From: Eledone cirrhosa
Lineage: Eukaryota
NCBI GenBank assembly: GCA_964016885.1
Contig: OZ024742.1
Coordinates: 127,410,001 to 127,474,000, forward strand
DNA length: 64,000 nucleotides
Direction: 5' to 3'
Position numbers and translations under genes: made by a program. The notes under the pieces were generated by a model. It was not told where the DNA came from. It saw only the letters and a list, made by a program, of their open reading frames with translations, and made no database searches. Shown piece by piece: positions 46,511-58,921 of this stretch. Positions within the stretch are counted from its first letter, which is position 1. Every line of letters begins with the position of its first letter.

Positions 46511-47812
46511 CGGGTGTAGACGATATTTGTTCGCAATTTTCAACTAATTTTATGCAAATTTTTTTTACTTCCATTGTCACTCTTGTCTTCATAAAAACAG
46601 TGACTATATTTCCATTATTTATTTTCAGAATAATTGATTATGAATAATTTTGAACTTCCAAATTTGTGGAAGAGACACAGAGTTCTTCTTGGAATCCGTG
46701 CCAGGAGGACAAATAAGGAAATTTCAGACTTTCTCAGCATCAGCAGGAGAATGGTGGAAAAGGTCAGAAAGGAATTGGAAGATTCAGGATTCGACTACGA
46801 AGCAACATCAGAGAGAAAAACACATGATCGACGATCTGACGCCTTCAGAACGCCCGAGTTCATCGCTGAAGTTCAGGATATCATCAACAATGAACCTAGC
46901 AAGTCGATGTGTGCCATTGCAAGGGTGAAAGGCGTGGATGAAAAGCTCATTAGGCTGGTGGTACATGAAGACATTCGCTACGTTTCATACAAGATGAGGA
47001 AAGGACAATTTCTGTCAAAGGCGATGCAAGAAAGTGACTGAAGCACGCAAAGAAGCTGATCAACAAGTTGAAACACCCACTGGAGCCAGACATGCTGTAG
47101 TTTTTCTCCGCCGAGAAAAACTTCTGCCAAGACCAGAAGATCAACTCCCAGAACAACAGGTGGCTCGCTGTCTCATCCAAAGACGTGCCCAGAGTCATGC
47201 AGACAAAGTTTCCAGCGACAACATTGGTCTTAGGTGTCGTCAGCAGTCAAGGTAACGTCATGCCACCTCACTTCTTCCCTGAGGGCCTCAAGCTGAACAC
47301 CGATGGCTACATCTGCGTTCTGAGCGGGGTAGTAAAGCCCTGGATCGACCAGGTAGCTGCAGGTTGGCCGTACGTGTGGCAGCAAGACTCAGCGCCCTGC
47401 CATACCAGCCGAAAGACCCAAGCCTGTCTGTCAGAGAACTCCGTCGACCACACTTCACCTGACATCTGGTCTCCCAGCTCGCCTGACTGCAACCCCCTTG
47501 ACTTCTTTGTGTGGGGCACAGTGGAACGAGACACCAACAGATCTAGCTGCAATACGAAAGACGATTTGAAGGCCAGGATCGCAAGTGCCTTTAGGGGCCT
47601 AAGTCGGGGGACAGTGACGAAGGCCTGTAGCCGGTTCCGAGGCTGCCTTGAGGCCGTCATCAAAGCCAATGGCGAGTTTATCGAGTGAGATCGAAAGAAC
47701 AAGTCATGAAGACAAACTGACACAAGTTTGATAAATATATCTTAAAAAATAAAACTACTGTGTTATTTTTTCCTAGACAGTAATCTTGCGAACAAATATC
47801 GTCCGCACCCTG
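46510..47812 (+). mobile_element. Tc1/mariner DD37D (maT-type) transposon, full length but inactivated
   Basis: TIR GGGTG..GACGATATTTGTTCGCAA at both ends, right end CACCCTG|TA. Transposase spans ~46640-47688 with FFS(A)EKNF, QQDSAPCH and SPDCNPLD, with 37 residues between the last two Asp. Frameshift near 47035 and stop at ~47098. Confidence 0.92.
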
Positions 47813-47999
47813 TATATATCATCATCATCATCATCATCATCATTGTTTAACATCTATTTTCCACGCTAGCAAGGGTTAGACAGGTTTGTCCCATTAGAGG
47901 CAAGTTGGGGTCGGCTGACCGTAACTCGCTCATATAGTACTGTTTCTAGCTGGTTTTCTACAGCTGGATGCCCTTCCTAACGTGTGTGTGTATATACAT

Positions 48000-48945
48000 C
48001 ATCATCATCATCATCATCATCGTTTAACGTCCGTGTTCCACGCTTGCATGGGTTTGGATGGGAGTTTTCCCACTTGAGGCAAGAGTGGTTGTCTTGCTCG
48101 CATAGGACTGTCTGGCGGGTTTTCTACAGCTGGATGCCCTTCCTAACACCAACCACATTTACAGTGTGGGGCTGGGAGGTTTTTACCGTGTTGCCTACAC
48201 GGCCACATTACAGCGTGGACTGTCTGGCAGGTTTTCTACAGCTGGATGCCCTTCCTAACACCAACCACATTTACAGTGTGGGACTGGGAGGTTTTTACCG
48301 TGTTGCCTACACGGCCACATTACAGCGTGGACTGTGTGTTTTTTTGTCGTGACACCTACACGATCTCATTTGTTTCGGCCTGGATGTTGTGGCACCAACG
48401 TAACTTTACATTGAAAGGGGTGGTGTGGATGGGGTGGGGGTGGTGTGACGGGGGCGTATTTTGTTAGAGATGCCTACTGACTGTAGTAGGTTTACTTTGT
48501 ATTTAGGCAAGGCGGGTCTTCTCTATTACTGAGTACTGCCAAAGATCTCGGTCCAGTGACATTGTCTTGGAGAGGTGTAAGTGTGTGAGGTCGGAATTTA
48601 TCAGGTCGTCCCAGGTTTTTCTGGGTCTGCCTACTCCATGGCTACCGTCTATCTTTATTGCCCTGCACTTTTTTATACAGCTGTCGTCTTTCATGCGCAT
48701 CACGTGACCATACCAACGTAGCCTTCTCTCGAGTAAACAACATCTGATCCCTCTTATTTCTAATTTTTTTTTCCTTAGTTCGTTTATGCTTTGCCGTTCA
48801 CGTATATTACTATTACATATCCAGCGGAGCATGCAAGCTTCGTTCCTCTCTAGTCTGCGTATATCCTCTGCACACAATGCCCAGGTCTCACTGCCATGCA
48901 ACATTGTTGTTCGTATGCAGGCATCATACAACCTGCCTTTCATAC
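48000..48945 (-). mobile_element. RTE-clade LINE 3' fragment with 3' UTR
   Basis: KGRLYDACIRTTMLHGSETW...RRLRWYGHVMRM...GRPRKTW; the UTR has an internal ~115-bp duplication; (GAT)n tail; TA repeats on both flanks. Confidence 0.85.
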
Positions 48946-48989
48946 GTATATATATATATATATATTTGTTAATCTTTATTTTTCAACAG

Positions 48990-49127
48990 TTGAACAAAAC
49001 ACCCCATGATTATTTAGAGAATCCAGCTGATATTCTTGCTTTAAAGAAAGAAGAATTGGCTGTTAGTGAAGTAACACCAGTGGGATCAAATGTACAAAAT
49101 GATGTAAAAAACGACAGTGAAGAATAG
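48990..49127 (+). CDS. Dpy-30/ankyrin protein, terminal coding exon 8
   Basis: tttatttttcaacag|TTG; LNKTPHDYLENPADILALKKEE...DSEE*. The summed exons give 1167 nt (388 aa + stop). Confidence 0.87.
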   Translation: MNKTPHDYLENPADILALKKEELAVSEVTPVGSNVQNDVKNDSEE

Positions 49128-49144
49128 AGGCAAAGGATAACGTT

Positions 49145-49166
49145 AATAAATGAATTAACAAATAAA
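49145..49166 (+). terminator. tandem AATAAA polyadenylation signals of the nested gene
   Basis: AATAAA at 49145 and 49161, just after the stop codon. Confidence 0.55.
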
Positions 49167-49377
49167 GCCATTCATTCCCATGAAACTTCTTTTTTTAATT
49201 TTATAATTATTAAAGATAGTAAGTTATTTTGTGAATTTAATAATACACCGAATTGCTAGTTTATTTGGCATAGTTGTTTGCAATATTGTGTTAAGTGTAT
49301 GTGTGTGTAAATACTAGATTTAAAACAATTTCTACGAATTAGTTTTATCTTTTTAACCAACTGCTAGTCCCCCCCCC

Positions 49378-49435
<58 letters not shown>

Positions 49436-49555
49436 CTATCTGTATCATTCTTTTCCTCAGTGAATAAAATTAATGAAAAAGTTTTAAAAGATGTATTGTT
49501 TTTTTAATGGTTGGATGTCACTTACATCACCAACAATTTTTTTTATCATATGTAG

Positions 49556-49870
49556 GCACATGGCTTAGTGGTTAAAAGGTTGTGAGTTCAATTCTCAGAC
49601 TGGGTGATGTGTTGTTTCCTTGAGCAAGACACTTTATTTCACATTGCTCCAGTTTACTCAGCTGTAGAAATGAAATGATAGGGACTGGGGTCCCTATCAT
49701 TCCACTGTAAAGTGGACGTGTAGGCGCCACGGAAAAAAAAGCACCCAGCACTCACTGTAAATGAGGTTGGTGTTAGGAAGGGCATCCAGCTGTAGAAATC
49801 AAGCCAGAATCAGTTCCCGTCCCATCCTTGCAAGCAGAGAAAAGCAGACGTAAAATGATGATGATGATGT
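49556..49870 (+). mobile_element. tRNA-derived CORE-like SINE with RTE-type tail
   Basis: A box TGGCTTAGTGG, B box GAGTTCAATTCT, core, and tail CTTGCAAGCAGAGAAAAGCAGACGTAAAATGATGATG shared with the RTE at 25150-25186. Confidence 0.8.
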
Positions 49871-49902
49871 AGGAATGATTGTTATTCTCCAGATTGGTTT
49901 AA

Positions 49903-50108
49903 CCCTTTAGCATTTATACCAGCCATATCTGGCCAGAATTCTCTCACCTCTTTCTGTTCAAATCGGCCATAACTGGCTCTCATACTGATTTAAGGTACTG
50001 TTCCCCAAATAAATAATATCAAAATCTCATAGATTCAATATTATGTGAGGTAAGACCTTTACCATGAAAATACAATAGTAAATATAGAGTTATGTAAATG
50101 CTAAAGAA
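49903..50108. mobile_element. piggyBac-type MITE
   Basis: TTAA|CCCTTTAGCATTTA ... TAAATGCTAAAGAA|TTAA. Confidence 0.8.
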
Positions 50109-50902
50109 TTAAATGGTTAGATACCAATTACATCACCAACAATTTCTCTATTATATGTAGAAATGATTGTTATTTTCCAGATTGGTAAATTGAAATAAGA
50201 AAAGTTATGAATTCTGTTTCTCTTATTTCAAACCTTTACTTTAAGCAGCCAGGAAAAATATTTCTTACTGAAATATTTCCGGAGTGGTAATTAATATGAT
50301 AATTAAATATAAATCATATTAGGAAGACAAACAATATTGAAAAAGCCATCTATGAGGCCATATCTCTTGGTGGGTCACAGAGGCTCCATCATGACATCTG
50401 GTATCTTAAACATTTCAACCTATTGGAACCCATTCCTTTCTAAACCACAACACAACTAATTTCTTCCTGAGAAACAGAGAATCAATCCCAGTACTCAACT
50501 GGTACATTATCAAACTCAAAAGTACCAACACTGAAAAACAAAAGGATGAAATTAAATGAAAACTATGTATTCTTTTAAAAATTTATTGTCATCTTTTAAC
50601 TAGGCAGTTTATTTACTCCTACAAACTTTAGTTAATCCTGTTAAAGGAAAAAAAATTAATCACCAGCACTATTTCATGACACAAAAAATGAATTCATGAA
50701 AAACTTAAAGAAAAAAAACTTAAAGAAAAAAAACAAAACAGAATAAAGAGTATTTCAGTACCTTTTGGATAATATATAGGACTCATTTATATAATTGAAA
50801 AAATATATAATTAACCTAACTCTGAATTATTGTTATTGGTTTTAATGGGTTGCAGAAGAATGAAAAAGCAAATTACCGTTTTCTGCTATCTGTTTCAACT
50901 TT

Positions 50903-51094
50903 GTAATTGTTTCTACTTTTGGCACAAGGACAGCAATTACCCAGTGCATTACTGGTACTTTATTTTATCGACCCCGTAACGATGAAAGGCAAAGTTAACC
51001 TTGGCAGGATTTGAACTCAGGGCGTAAAGGGCCGTAACTCTATGTTGCAAAGAATGGCGTCTGACCCTCTACCGATACTGCCAATCCACCGCCC
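50903..51094 (-). mobile_element. tRNA-derived SINE, full length with TSD
   Basis: Flanked by a TCAACTTTGTAAT direct repeat (~50895 and ~51095). Confidence 0.85.
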
Positions 51095-51859
51095 TCAACT
51101 TTGTAATAATACAACTAAACTATCCTACTTCATTATAACAATCTAGTTGAGCTTGCTTATAAAATACTCTTCTTTTTATCCCATAACTCCTGAGGGAGTC
51201 CTAGGGGCGCCATATTGAAATACATTGTTTTGACTGCCAATTCACCGCCTTTTATAAAATATTACATACATAATTATTAGAAAAAAATAAAAGAAATTGC
51301 TAAAAAAATATTCATCACTTTGTATATTTCCTTTGATATAAGCATCTATAAAACACAAATCATGCAAGTCTATTGCTTGTGGCAAGATTGTTGTGTAGTC
51401 CCAGGTCATCCCTGATTGAACAGACTTATTGTAGAGTGAAGTTTGGGGGGAGATTTAGTTGCTATTTCTAGCAAGTAGAGTTACTACATAAGAGGTTTCC
51501 TCATTGGCTCATTGTAGTATGTAGTATATTCAAATGAAAACACAGCTTATACTGTAACTGATAACATAAGTGTAAATATCACCATCAGCATTCTCCATTG
51601 CACCTTTATGATCTGGTGCTTAGTTCTACATTCTGTTTATTCCTCTTCCCTTGCTTTTACAAGATGGCAGTCTATTACAGGTAATTTTCATAAGTGATCT
51701 GTTACCAGATCACCTGACTTAATATTTGGTTGTGATACACAAATACAACACACTAGAAATAACATACTTTCTATACTTGATTTGTTACAAGCTTCTATTT
51801 AAACAATGCTAAAGACTGTTACAGAAAGAATTACACTATCGTTGGATAGATTGGCTAAA

Positions 51860-52153
51860 TGACTTTTGGAAACATTTTTTCACGCTCAGGGTTGCTGAAG
51901 CATGAAACAAACTACCTGCATCAGTTGTTAGCTGTCGAGACACTGCATCCTTTAAAACCGCCATGCTTCCTGAGATTCGCCAACACTACACCTGCTGTCC
52001 ACCCTCCATACACACACACACACATGTATTTCATGACTCGTACACTGTTCATTTTCCTGACATTTGTACATTATTCTATGTAATATACATGCACCTTTGA
52101 TGAGTTGTAGTGTGCCTGAGCACTGTACACAAAAATGTCATTATTATTATTAT
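51860..52153 (+). mobile_element. CR1-clade LINE 3' fragment with (TTA)n tail
   Basis: Same family as 7915-8290. Confidence 0.75.
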
Positions 52154-55100
52154 CGCCCAGCTGAGATAATAAGAAACAAGCTTTTGTGTTCGGTCAGTTA
52201 TCGCACGATCGGAACAAAATCGCGGCGAGTCGAACTAGCAACGGAGTCACAGGTCCAAAGAGCTATGGGTGCCGTCTGGGCACAGAAAACATACATAGCC
52301 TGGGGATCGAGGTATGGCATTGTGGATGTGCCCTTCACCACACCAGAAGAAGCCAAAGCACACTCCATTGCCCCACTCCGCAGTGACGAAATCATAATGA
52401 TGCCCACATACTGCGGCCAGAGAGTCGTCAGGGTTCGAGTGGCCCAGGTTCCGCCCTCAGTGGAGATGGCGTGGTTGACGACGGCCGTCCTCGCTGACGT
52501 TGAGGATTCAACAACCATACTCAACGTCATGTGAATAAGACAGGAAAATTGGACAGGGTCGGGGATGGAGCTAATCGTCCAAGCAAACCATGAGAGCGTT
52601 GAGGCCATGCCCGATGTAATAGACCTGGATGACGGCAGCCATCTACCCGTGACTGTCGAAGCTAGGCGCCCAAGGTGTCATGGATGTGGTGACAAGACGC
52701 ACCTTAAGACATTCTGCCCCAAACTCACCAGAACAGGCACGCGCCCACCCGTTCTCCCCACGCTGTGCTCCGCGACTGGAGCGGACAAATAAACCAAGAC
52801 CACAGTGGCAGAAGAGAAATCACCATCTCTTCCACCATCCACAGAACCAATGGAAAGCATGCCTCTTCCTGATATAGCTAAATCGGACAAGGAGTGTGAT
52901 GAGGCTGAAGAATGGAGAAAAAAAAGAACTCCCTACCTTCGCCCCCCCCCCCCCCCCCAAAAGAAAATGAAAACTACCCCACCTCCTGCACCACCATCAA
53001 CAGCCACATCCCCACAACCACCTACACCATCACCACCACCACCACCACCACCAACGGACATTCTCGTGGAGAAACCCACTAATGGTCGGAGGGATGGATC
53101 ACCCACCCCTTTCCTAAAAAAGAGCCACAGGTAATTTTTGTACTTTTCCCCTCTCATTTGTTTTCCTCCCATCCTAGCCAACATGGCTTCTCTCAGAATA
53201 GGTAGCATAAATGCACGTGGCCTGGGGTCGTCTTGGAAGCAGGGCCACTTGCTGAACGATCTCAGGTCGCTAAACATAGATGTGGTGGCCATCAGCGAGA
53301 TCAGAATCTCCGAGGCACGGGCATTCACACCCATTTTCGGCGGCTATGAGGTGTACACATCTCCAAGCCATCTCGGATCTGGGGGGAGTGGCCGTGTTGT
53401 TCCGGAGAAGTGTGGATCTTGGACCCAGAAGGTAAGTTGGTGGTACTGGACGTGACCAGAAGAGAAGGACAAGCTTTTAGGCTAGTGGCCATCTATGCCT
53501 CAACAGGAGCAGGACAGCCTGAATTCTTCCGGCGTCTGGAGACCTTTCTTGGAACGTCCCGCTCTTTAGTGTTAGTGGGCAACTGGAACGGGATCTTAGA
53601 TGCACGCTGGGATTGTGTGGGATTAGCAGATAGGGGAGGAGGGTGTAAAAGCCTCACAAACCTGCTCAGACGTTTTCAACCGTATGACAGGTACCGATTG
53701 GATTTCCCGAATGTGCCAATGTGGACTTGGACAAACCGCATTGAGTCATCCAGATCATATCTAGATAGGATATTTTGTAGGGAAATAGATAGGTCTAGCA
53801 TAGGCTGTCCACAATTCAAGATAGTCGGCTACACGGACCACAAATTCGTGATCTGTGTGGTTGACTTAGATAGGCTTCATAGACAGGGACCCGGCTACTG
53901 GAAGCTAAACGCGTTGTTAACAGCGCGCAAAGCTTACAGCGACCGGATTAGCGAACTAGTTAAGCGGGCGTTGACGGAGGCCATCGTCAACAACAAATGG
54001 TGGTTTGCCCTGAAAAGAGCGATTAGAATAGAGTCCATTAGGTTTAGTAAAGCGTTAGTAACAGAGAAAAATAGAGCAGAAGGAAATCTAGTTAGCAAAT
54101 TAGACGAGGTGCTTAGTAAAGGCATCGCGACCGACGTGCTTGCGGCGAAATTGGCTTTCGACCAATTTTTCAACGTTAAGCACGAAGGCTGCATTGTCAG
54201 AGCTAGGGTGCGTGCTCTCAGACACGAGGGGACAAAAGCCATTCAATGGGCCCAGGTGGCGGAGGCGTGTCGTGGCAAACAAAGCCACAATCCGGTCTTT
54301 GGCGAACCACAACGGGCGCATGATACTCGATCCCGGGCAGATGTGCGTGGCTTTTCAGCAGCACTTTGCTCAGCTGTTCGGGGGCAAAGGTGGGCCGCAT
54401 TGCAGAATGGACTTCAGTGCCTACCTCGACGGACTGCCGCGGCTCTCGGCCACTGAGGCGGAGTGTTGCGAAAAGCCGATAACAGCTGCTGAAGTACGGG
54501 AGGCAATGACTAGCTGCACAATGGGTAAATCACCTGGTTTGGATGGTCTCCCCTACGAATTTTACATACATATGCCAGACTTGTTCGAAGACCTCTTGGC
54601 GGACGTCTACTGCAACTGGCAGCAGAACGGGAGAATTCCCAGCTCTGTGAGCCGAACAAGGGGGATAACATAGACAATTTCAGGCTCATAACTCTGCTAA
54701 ACACAGACTTCAAGATTTTGGCTGAGGTGCTAGCAAAGAGGTTGATAGTTGTCGTTGGTGGTCTGTTGGGAGAGACGCAAACATGCGCCATTCCAGACAG
54801 ATCCATCCACGACAACCTCCACCTCATGCGATACATCATAGAGAGGGTAGCTAGGGAACCTGGCATGGGTGGGTCTTTGATCAACTTAGATCAGTCAAAA
54901 GCTATTGATAGGGTCGACCATCGTTATCTGGCCGCAGTCCTAAGAGCAGCTGGCTTTGGGCCTGTCTTCAGAGGCTGGATTGCTGCCATGCGCAGTGACA
55001 TCTGCTCTGTGGTGAGAGTGAACAGTCACCTTTCGGAACCATTCAACATCATGCGCTCGATCCGCCAAGGATGTCCTCTATCGTCCTTCATCATCATCAT

Positions 55101-56905
55101 CATCGTTTAACGTCCATCTTCCACACTAGCATGGGTTAGACGGGAGTTGTCCCACTTGAAGCAAGGTTGTCGGGTGACCGTGTCTCGCTCATATAGGACT
55201 ATGTTGTACGTATTGACTCTCGAGCCATTACTGCACAAACTGGAGATGTTGAGGGGGATCCCGCGTGAACTAGGATGTGGAAGAACAGTGTCAACTTATG
55301 CAGACGACGTCACTGTAGTGGTGTCGAACGCCAAACACATCGAGGTGATCAGCACCACACTAAGAGAATACGAGGTAGTGACATTGATCAACCAGGCAAA
55401 ATCAGTAGGCCTGCAACACGGCACCTGGAGAGGCAGGTCCATGCCGTCCAACAGCGTCATCAGGTGCTGGACCGGCGGACCGGTTAAATTGCTAGGGGTC
55501 TGGTTCGGTCCGGAGCTCCAGATGGACAAAAACTGGGAGGAGGTCATGAGCAAGGTGGCTTCTCTCACCCAGAGGAAGCTATCCCTGAAAGGTCGAGCGG
55601 AGGTGGCAAATGCATACATCGCATCCGTCATCTACTACCGCCTGACCATCGTGCCTTGTCCTAAGCCTCACCTAACTGCACTGGAGCGTTTGCTCTTTCG
55701 CTTTTTGTGGAAGGGACGTGCTCCGATAGTCAGGCGGTCCATCTGCTGTCAACACACGCTACGCTCAAGGCTGGGCATGCCGTGGCTAATGATGCGCAGA
55801 CATGCGCTCAGGCTACGACATCTCCACCTCTTCCTCGATGGTGATCAGGTGTGGCCGCCCTTTGCTAGACACATGTTTCCCTAGCTTGTCTCCTTGGCAG
55901 AGCTGCAGTCCTGGGTCAAGCAAAGACCGAGAGGAAGCGCTTGGAGACTGGAATGTCTTCAGGCACTTACAGCCCTCGACCAGTCGAGCAATACAATCGC
56001 TGGAAACTCCACCTTGGCGTTCTATAGAGGGTTAGTGGAAGGAAAGAGCGACAACGTCCTTCGGAAGACTCTGGGTGTCGACGAAAATCAACTAGCCAAT
56101 CTCTTTGGGAGAACTTTCAGGCCGGGGCCCATGGACAACTTCCAGAAATCCCTGGCCTCGCAGTGCTACCGAGGAGCCTTGCCAGTTCGGGATAAACTCT
56201 ACAGGCACGGAAGTGCCGTCAGCCGGGCATGTCCGAGATGCGCGCAGGGCGACGAAACCGTCCTGCATGCACTCGTCCAGTGTCCGAGCATTGCTGACTT
56301 GTGGGTTTATGTCGAAGACCTGCTGTCGCGTGTAGAACGGATCCGGCTATCAACTGACTCCATCGTGAGGATTGCCCCACCCTCTTCCTTTAGCCGGCAA
56401 GGGGCAGGCAGTTTTTATCTGTCTAGTGGCCATGGTGAAAGAGATAGTATGGTGGACGCGTCTGAAAGTGCTGAAGACGAGCACGTACCTCTTCAGTGAT
56501 GCCCTGATTAACTTTTTCCAATTTCATTTGAAAAGGAAAATCAGGGTAGAGAGGGAAGTGCTCTCTTCCCAGCTTTTTGTTGAAAGATGGGTTGAGAGGT
56601 AGGAATGGCCCGAATGAATGGACCTACTCTGCGTATATGGCTGTAAATTGAAGGTGGAAAACTGGGAGAGGGCACTTGCCCTGGTGGTCAGGGTCACCAT
56701 GGTTTTTTTTAATGGGCTTTCTCTACGATGGCCCTCGGAAGTCTCCCCCCTATTGGGGAATTTTTCATTGTTCTGTTTTTGTTACATCCTCTGTTTTTTG
56801 TTTTTTGTTTTTTTACACCAGAAATGCCCTTTTGTACGGTCCTGTGTTGTCCTGTACTGTCCTTAATGTCTACTTTGTGTAAACCCTTGTGGTTAATAAA
56901 GAAAG

Positions 56906-56957
<52 letters not shown>
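52154..56957 (+). mobile_element. Tx1/L1-type non-LTR retrotransposon, near full length, inactivated
   Basis: ORF1 with CCHC knuckle CHGCGDKTHLKTFC. ORF2 from ~53183: APE (SINARGL, SEIR, YLDRIF, TDHK), RT (KSPGLDGLP, LDQSKAIDRV, RQGCPLS, YADD at 55297-55308) and CPRC...ETVLHALVQC finger. Ends AATAAA plus (TTA)n. Several frameshifts and stops. Confidence 0.93.
55088..55198 (-). mobile_element. short RTE-tail/SINE insertion inside the Tx1 RT
   Basis: (CAT)n CGTTTAACGTCCATCTTCCACACTAGCATGGG... lies between QGCPLS and MLYVLTLEPLL. Confidence 0.85.
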
Positions 56958-58370
56958 ATTATAAATTCAGTTTGAAGTTTGGGTGTTTGTATACAGATAT
57001 AAAGTTACTGAAGCAACGTTTTGTTAGACAATTGTAAGAGAAATTATTAGCTAAGAATAAATAATTTTATTTTCACACATGGCATGGAGAAAATTTTAGT
57101 TTTCCATTATCTATAGTCTAGTGGATACTGAGAAAGTTTGATGAGAGCAATTCAAGGTTATACTGTAATAAGGCTATTATTTGCAATAGTTTCAAGAGAG
57201 AATTTAGTGTACAGCTGGATGGTCATTCATTATACTGCTTGAAGCAATAACGAAGAAATTCAAAATATAAAATCTGCCATAACTTTTCTATACAGGTCCT
57301 CACCAAGTTCACTTGCAGAGTCTGTCAAACATCTGTCAAAAAGTTGAACTCCTGGAACAGTGCTCTAGAATATGAAATCATAACAGTCAACATGGCAAAC
57401 ACCCAAATACTACTTAGGAACAAAGAACACAAAAATCAATAAATTTTTTATGTGGCCTTGATCAATATAAAATAAGGCAGTTGATAGGAACTAAGTGTTG
57501 TGTACTTAGAGCAAACAATAGATACACAAAAGATGTAGAAGCCCTGGTAGATAGACAGGAAATCAGAACTTTAGATGGTCAAGGATGTACAGGAGTAGTT
57601 ATCAGCAATAACACCCATAAAACTAAGAACATGGACTCCTCAGGTAGCTTACTAGAAATAAGAGTTAAGTTCTACTACCTAGATGACAACCTAATTAGTT
57701 TGAAGGTGGTAGCAGTAAATGTAGCAAATTATTTCATCAAACAACATATTAAGTAATAAGTTAGATGTGTACAATTTCTATTCCAATATGGCTTATAGAT
57801 AAGCGGACAAACTGTTACGCGTTTGTTCTTTCACCGCAGGAAATTATTAAATACCTAGCACACCCCAGCCTTCTGTATTTAGAATACAGCTTGCTAAAAG
57901 TTCCTAGGACAAGCCCTTCTCATAAATCACAGTTCCTTACCCTTCAACCATTGTTGAGGAAGGTGAGAATTAGGGGGGCGGGGGGGGATGCAAATTGGAC
58001 ATAGTCAAAATGAAGGGGGTATTTAGCAAGTGGGAGGAGAGTATTAAGACAAAGAAGAGTGAATTAGGGACGGGTAGGGAGAAGATTTGTGCAGACAGGT
58101 GTCCTTTATATGTTTCTTTCATCCTGTGCATATGGAAAGGTGGGTCTTCTGCAGAGATCTCAATACTCTGCATCTCCTATGTGCAAAATCAATAAAATAA
58201 AAACCAAACAAAGTACTGGGTGGGTTTCTTATAATTAACTAAAACCTTTGAAAACAGAACCCCAGAATTGTCAAAGTCCATTGGCTAAAACCAGTAAAAG
58301 TATTTTTGAACATGCCACCAATCACAAGAATTTAACATTGTGATTTAACATGAGTTTAACTTAAACTTAC

Positions 58371-58921
58371 CTGTAAGTTTTCCAGTTGTAAAATTAAAGC
58401 TGACTGGTGCTGCTTTGTTGCTAGATTTTTTCAATGTCTCACACCATTCTTTATATTTTTCTTTGGCTTTCTCTTGGCGTTGCTGGTGTAATAATTCTTC
58501 CTCTTTCTTCTGTTGCGCTTCAATTTTTTTTTTATTTTTCTCAAGTATTTTCTTGTTACTAAGCCATATTTTAAAGTTGTATTCAGATTTTTCAGCAATT
58601 TCTTGCTTTTTGGCAGTTTCATGTTGCTTCTTTTCTCTATATTCTCGTTTTTTTTTATGCATACGCAATCTTTCTTCTTTAGCTTTCTCTTCAAGCCACT
58701 TATGCTGAGAACGGTTATTTTGGATTTTTTTTTCTTCCAAGGCCTGTGCCTCTTTCATTTTTGCTATTTTCTCTATCTCTCTTTGTTCTTCTAGTTTCAA
58801 ACTAATATCTTGTTCTTCTTTTATTTTCATAAGTAGCCATTTTTCCCATGGTGTAAGAGAACATAGTAGTTTTTCATTACATGGTGATGAACTTATTGTT
58901 TGATATCCACTCAGAACAAAA
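58371..58921 (-). CDS. CCDC34: CCDC34 internal (penultimate) coding exon
   Basis: Acceptor attattctttgacag, donor ACAG|GTAAGT. SLTPWEKWLLMK...KWLEEK...FKIWLSNKK...EKAKEKYKEW...SFNFTTGKLTG matches the CCDC34 pattern (LTPWExW, repeated xWL.KK, GKLTG). Upstream exon(s) were not found in the window. Confidence 0.9.

Noticed and set aside
48786-49127. RTE-antisense/host fusion protein
   Set aside because: A strong acceptor at 48989 defines the exon; the upstream frame is incidental and crosses (TA)n.
52154-56957. Active or domesticated Tx1 gene
   Set aside because: Multiple frameshifts and stops plus an insertion in the RT core.
58415-58794. Plus-strand Phe/Ser/Leu-rich membrane-like ORFs
   Set aside because: Antisense of the Lys/Glu-rich CCDC34 exon.
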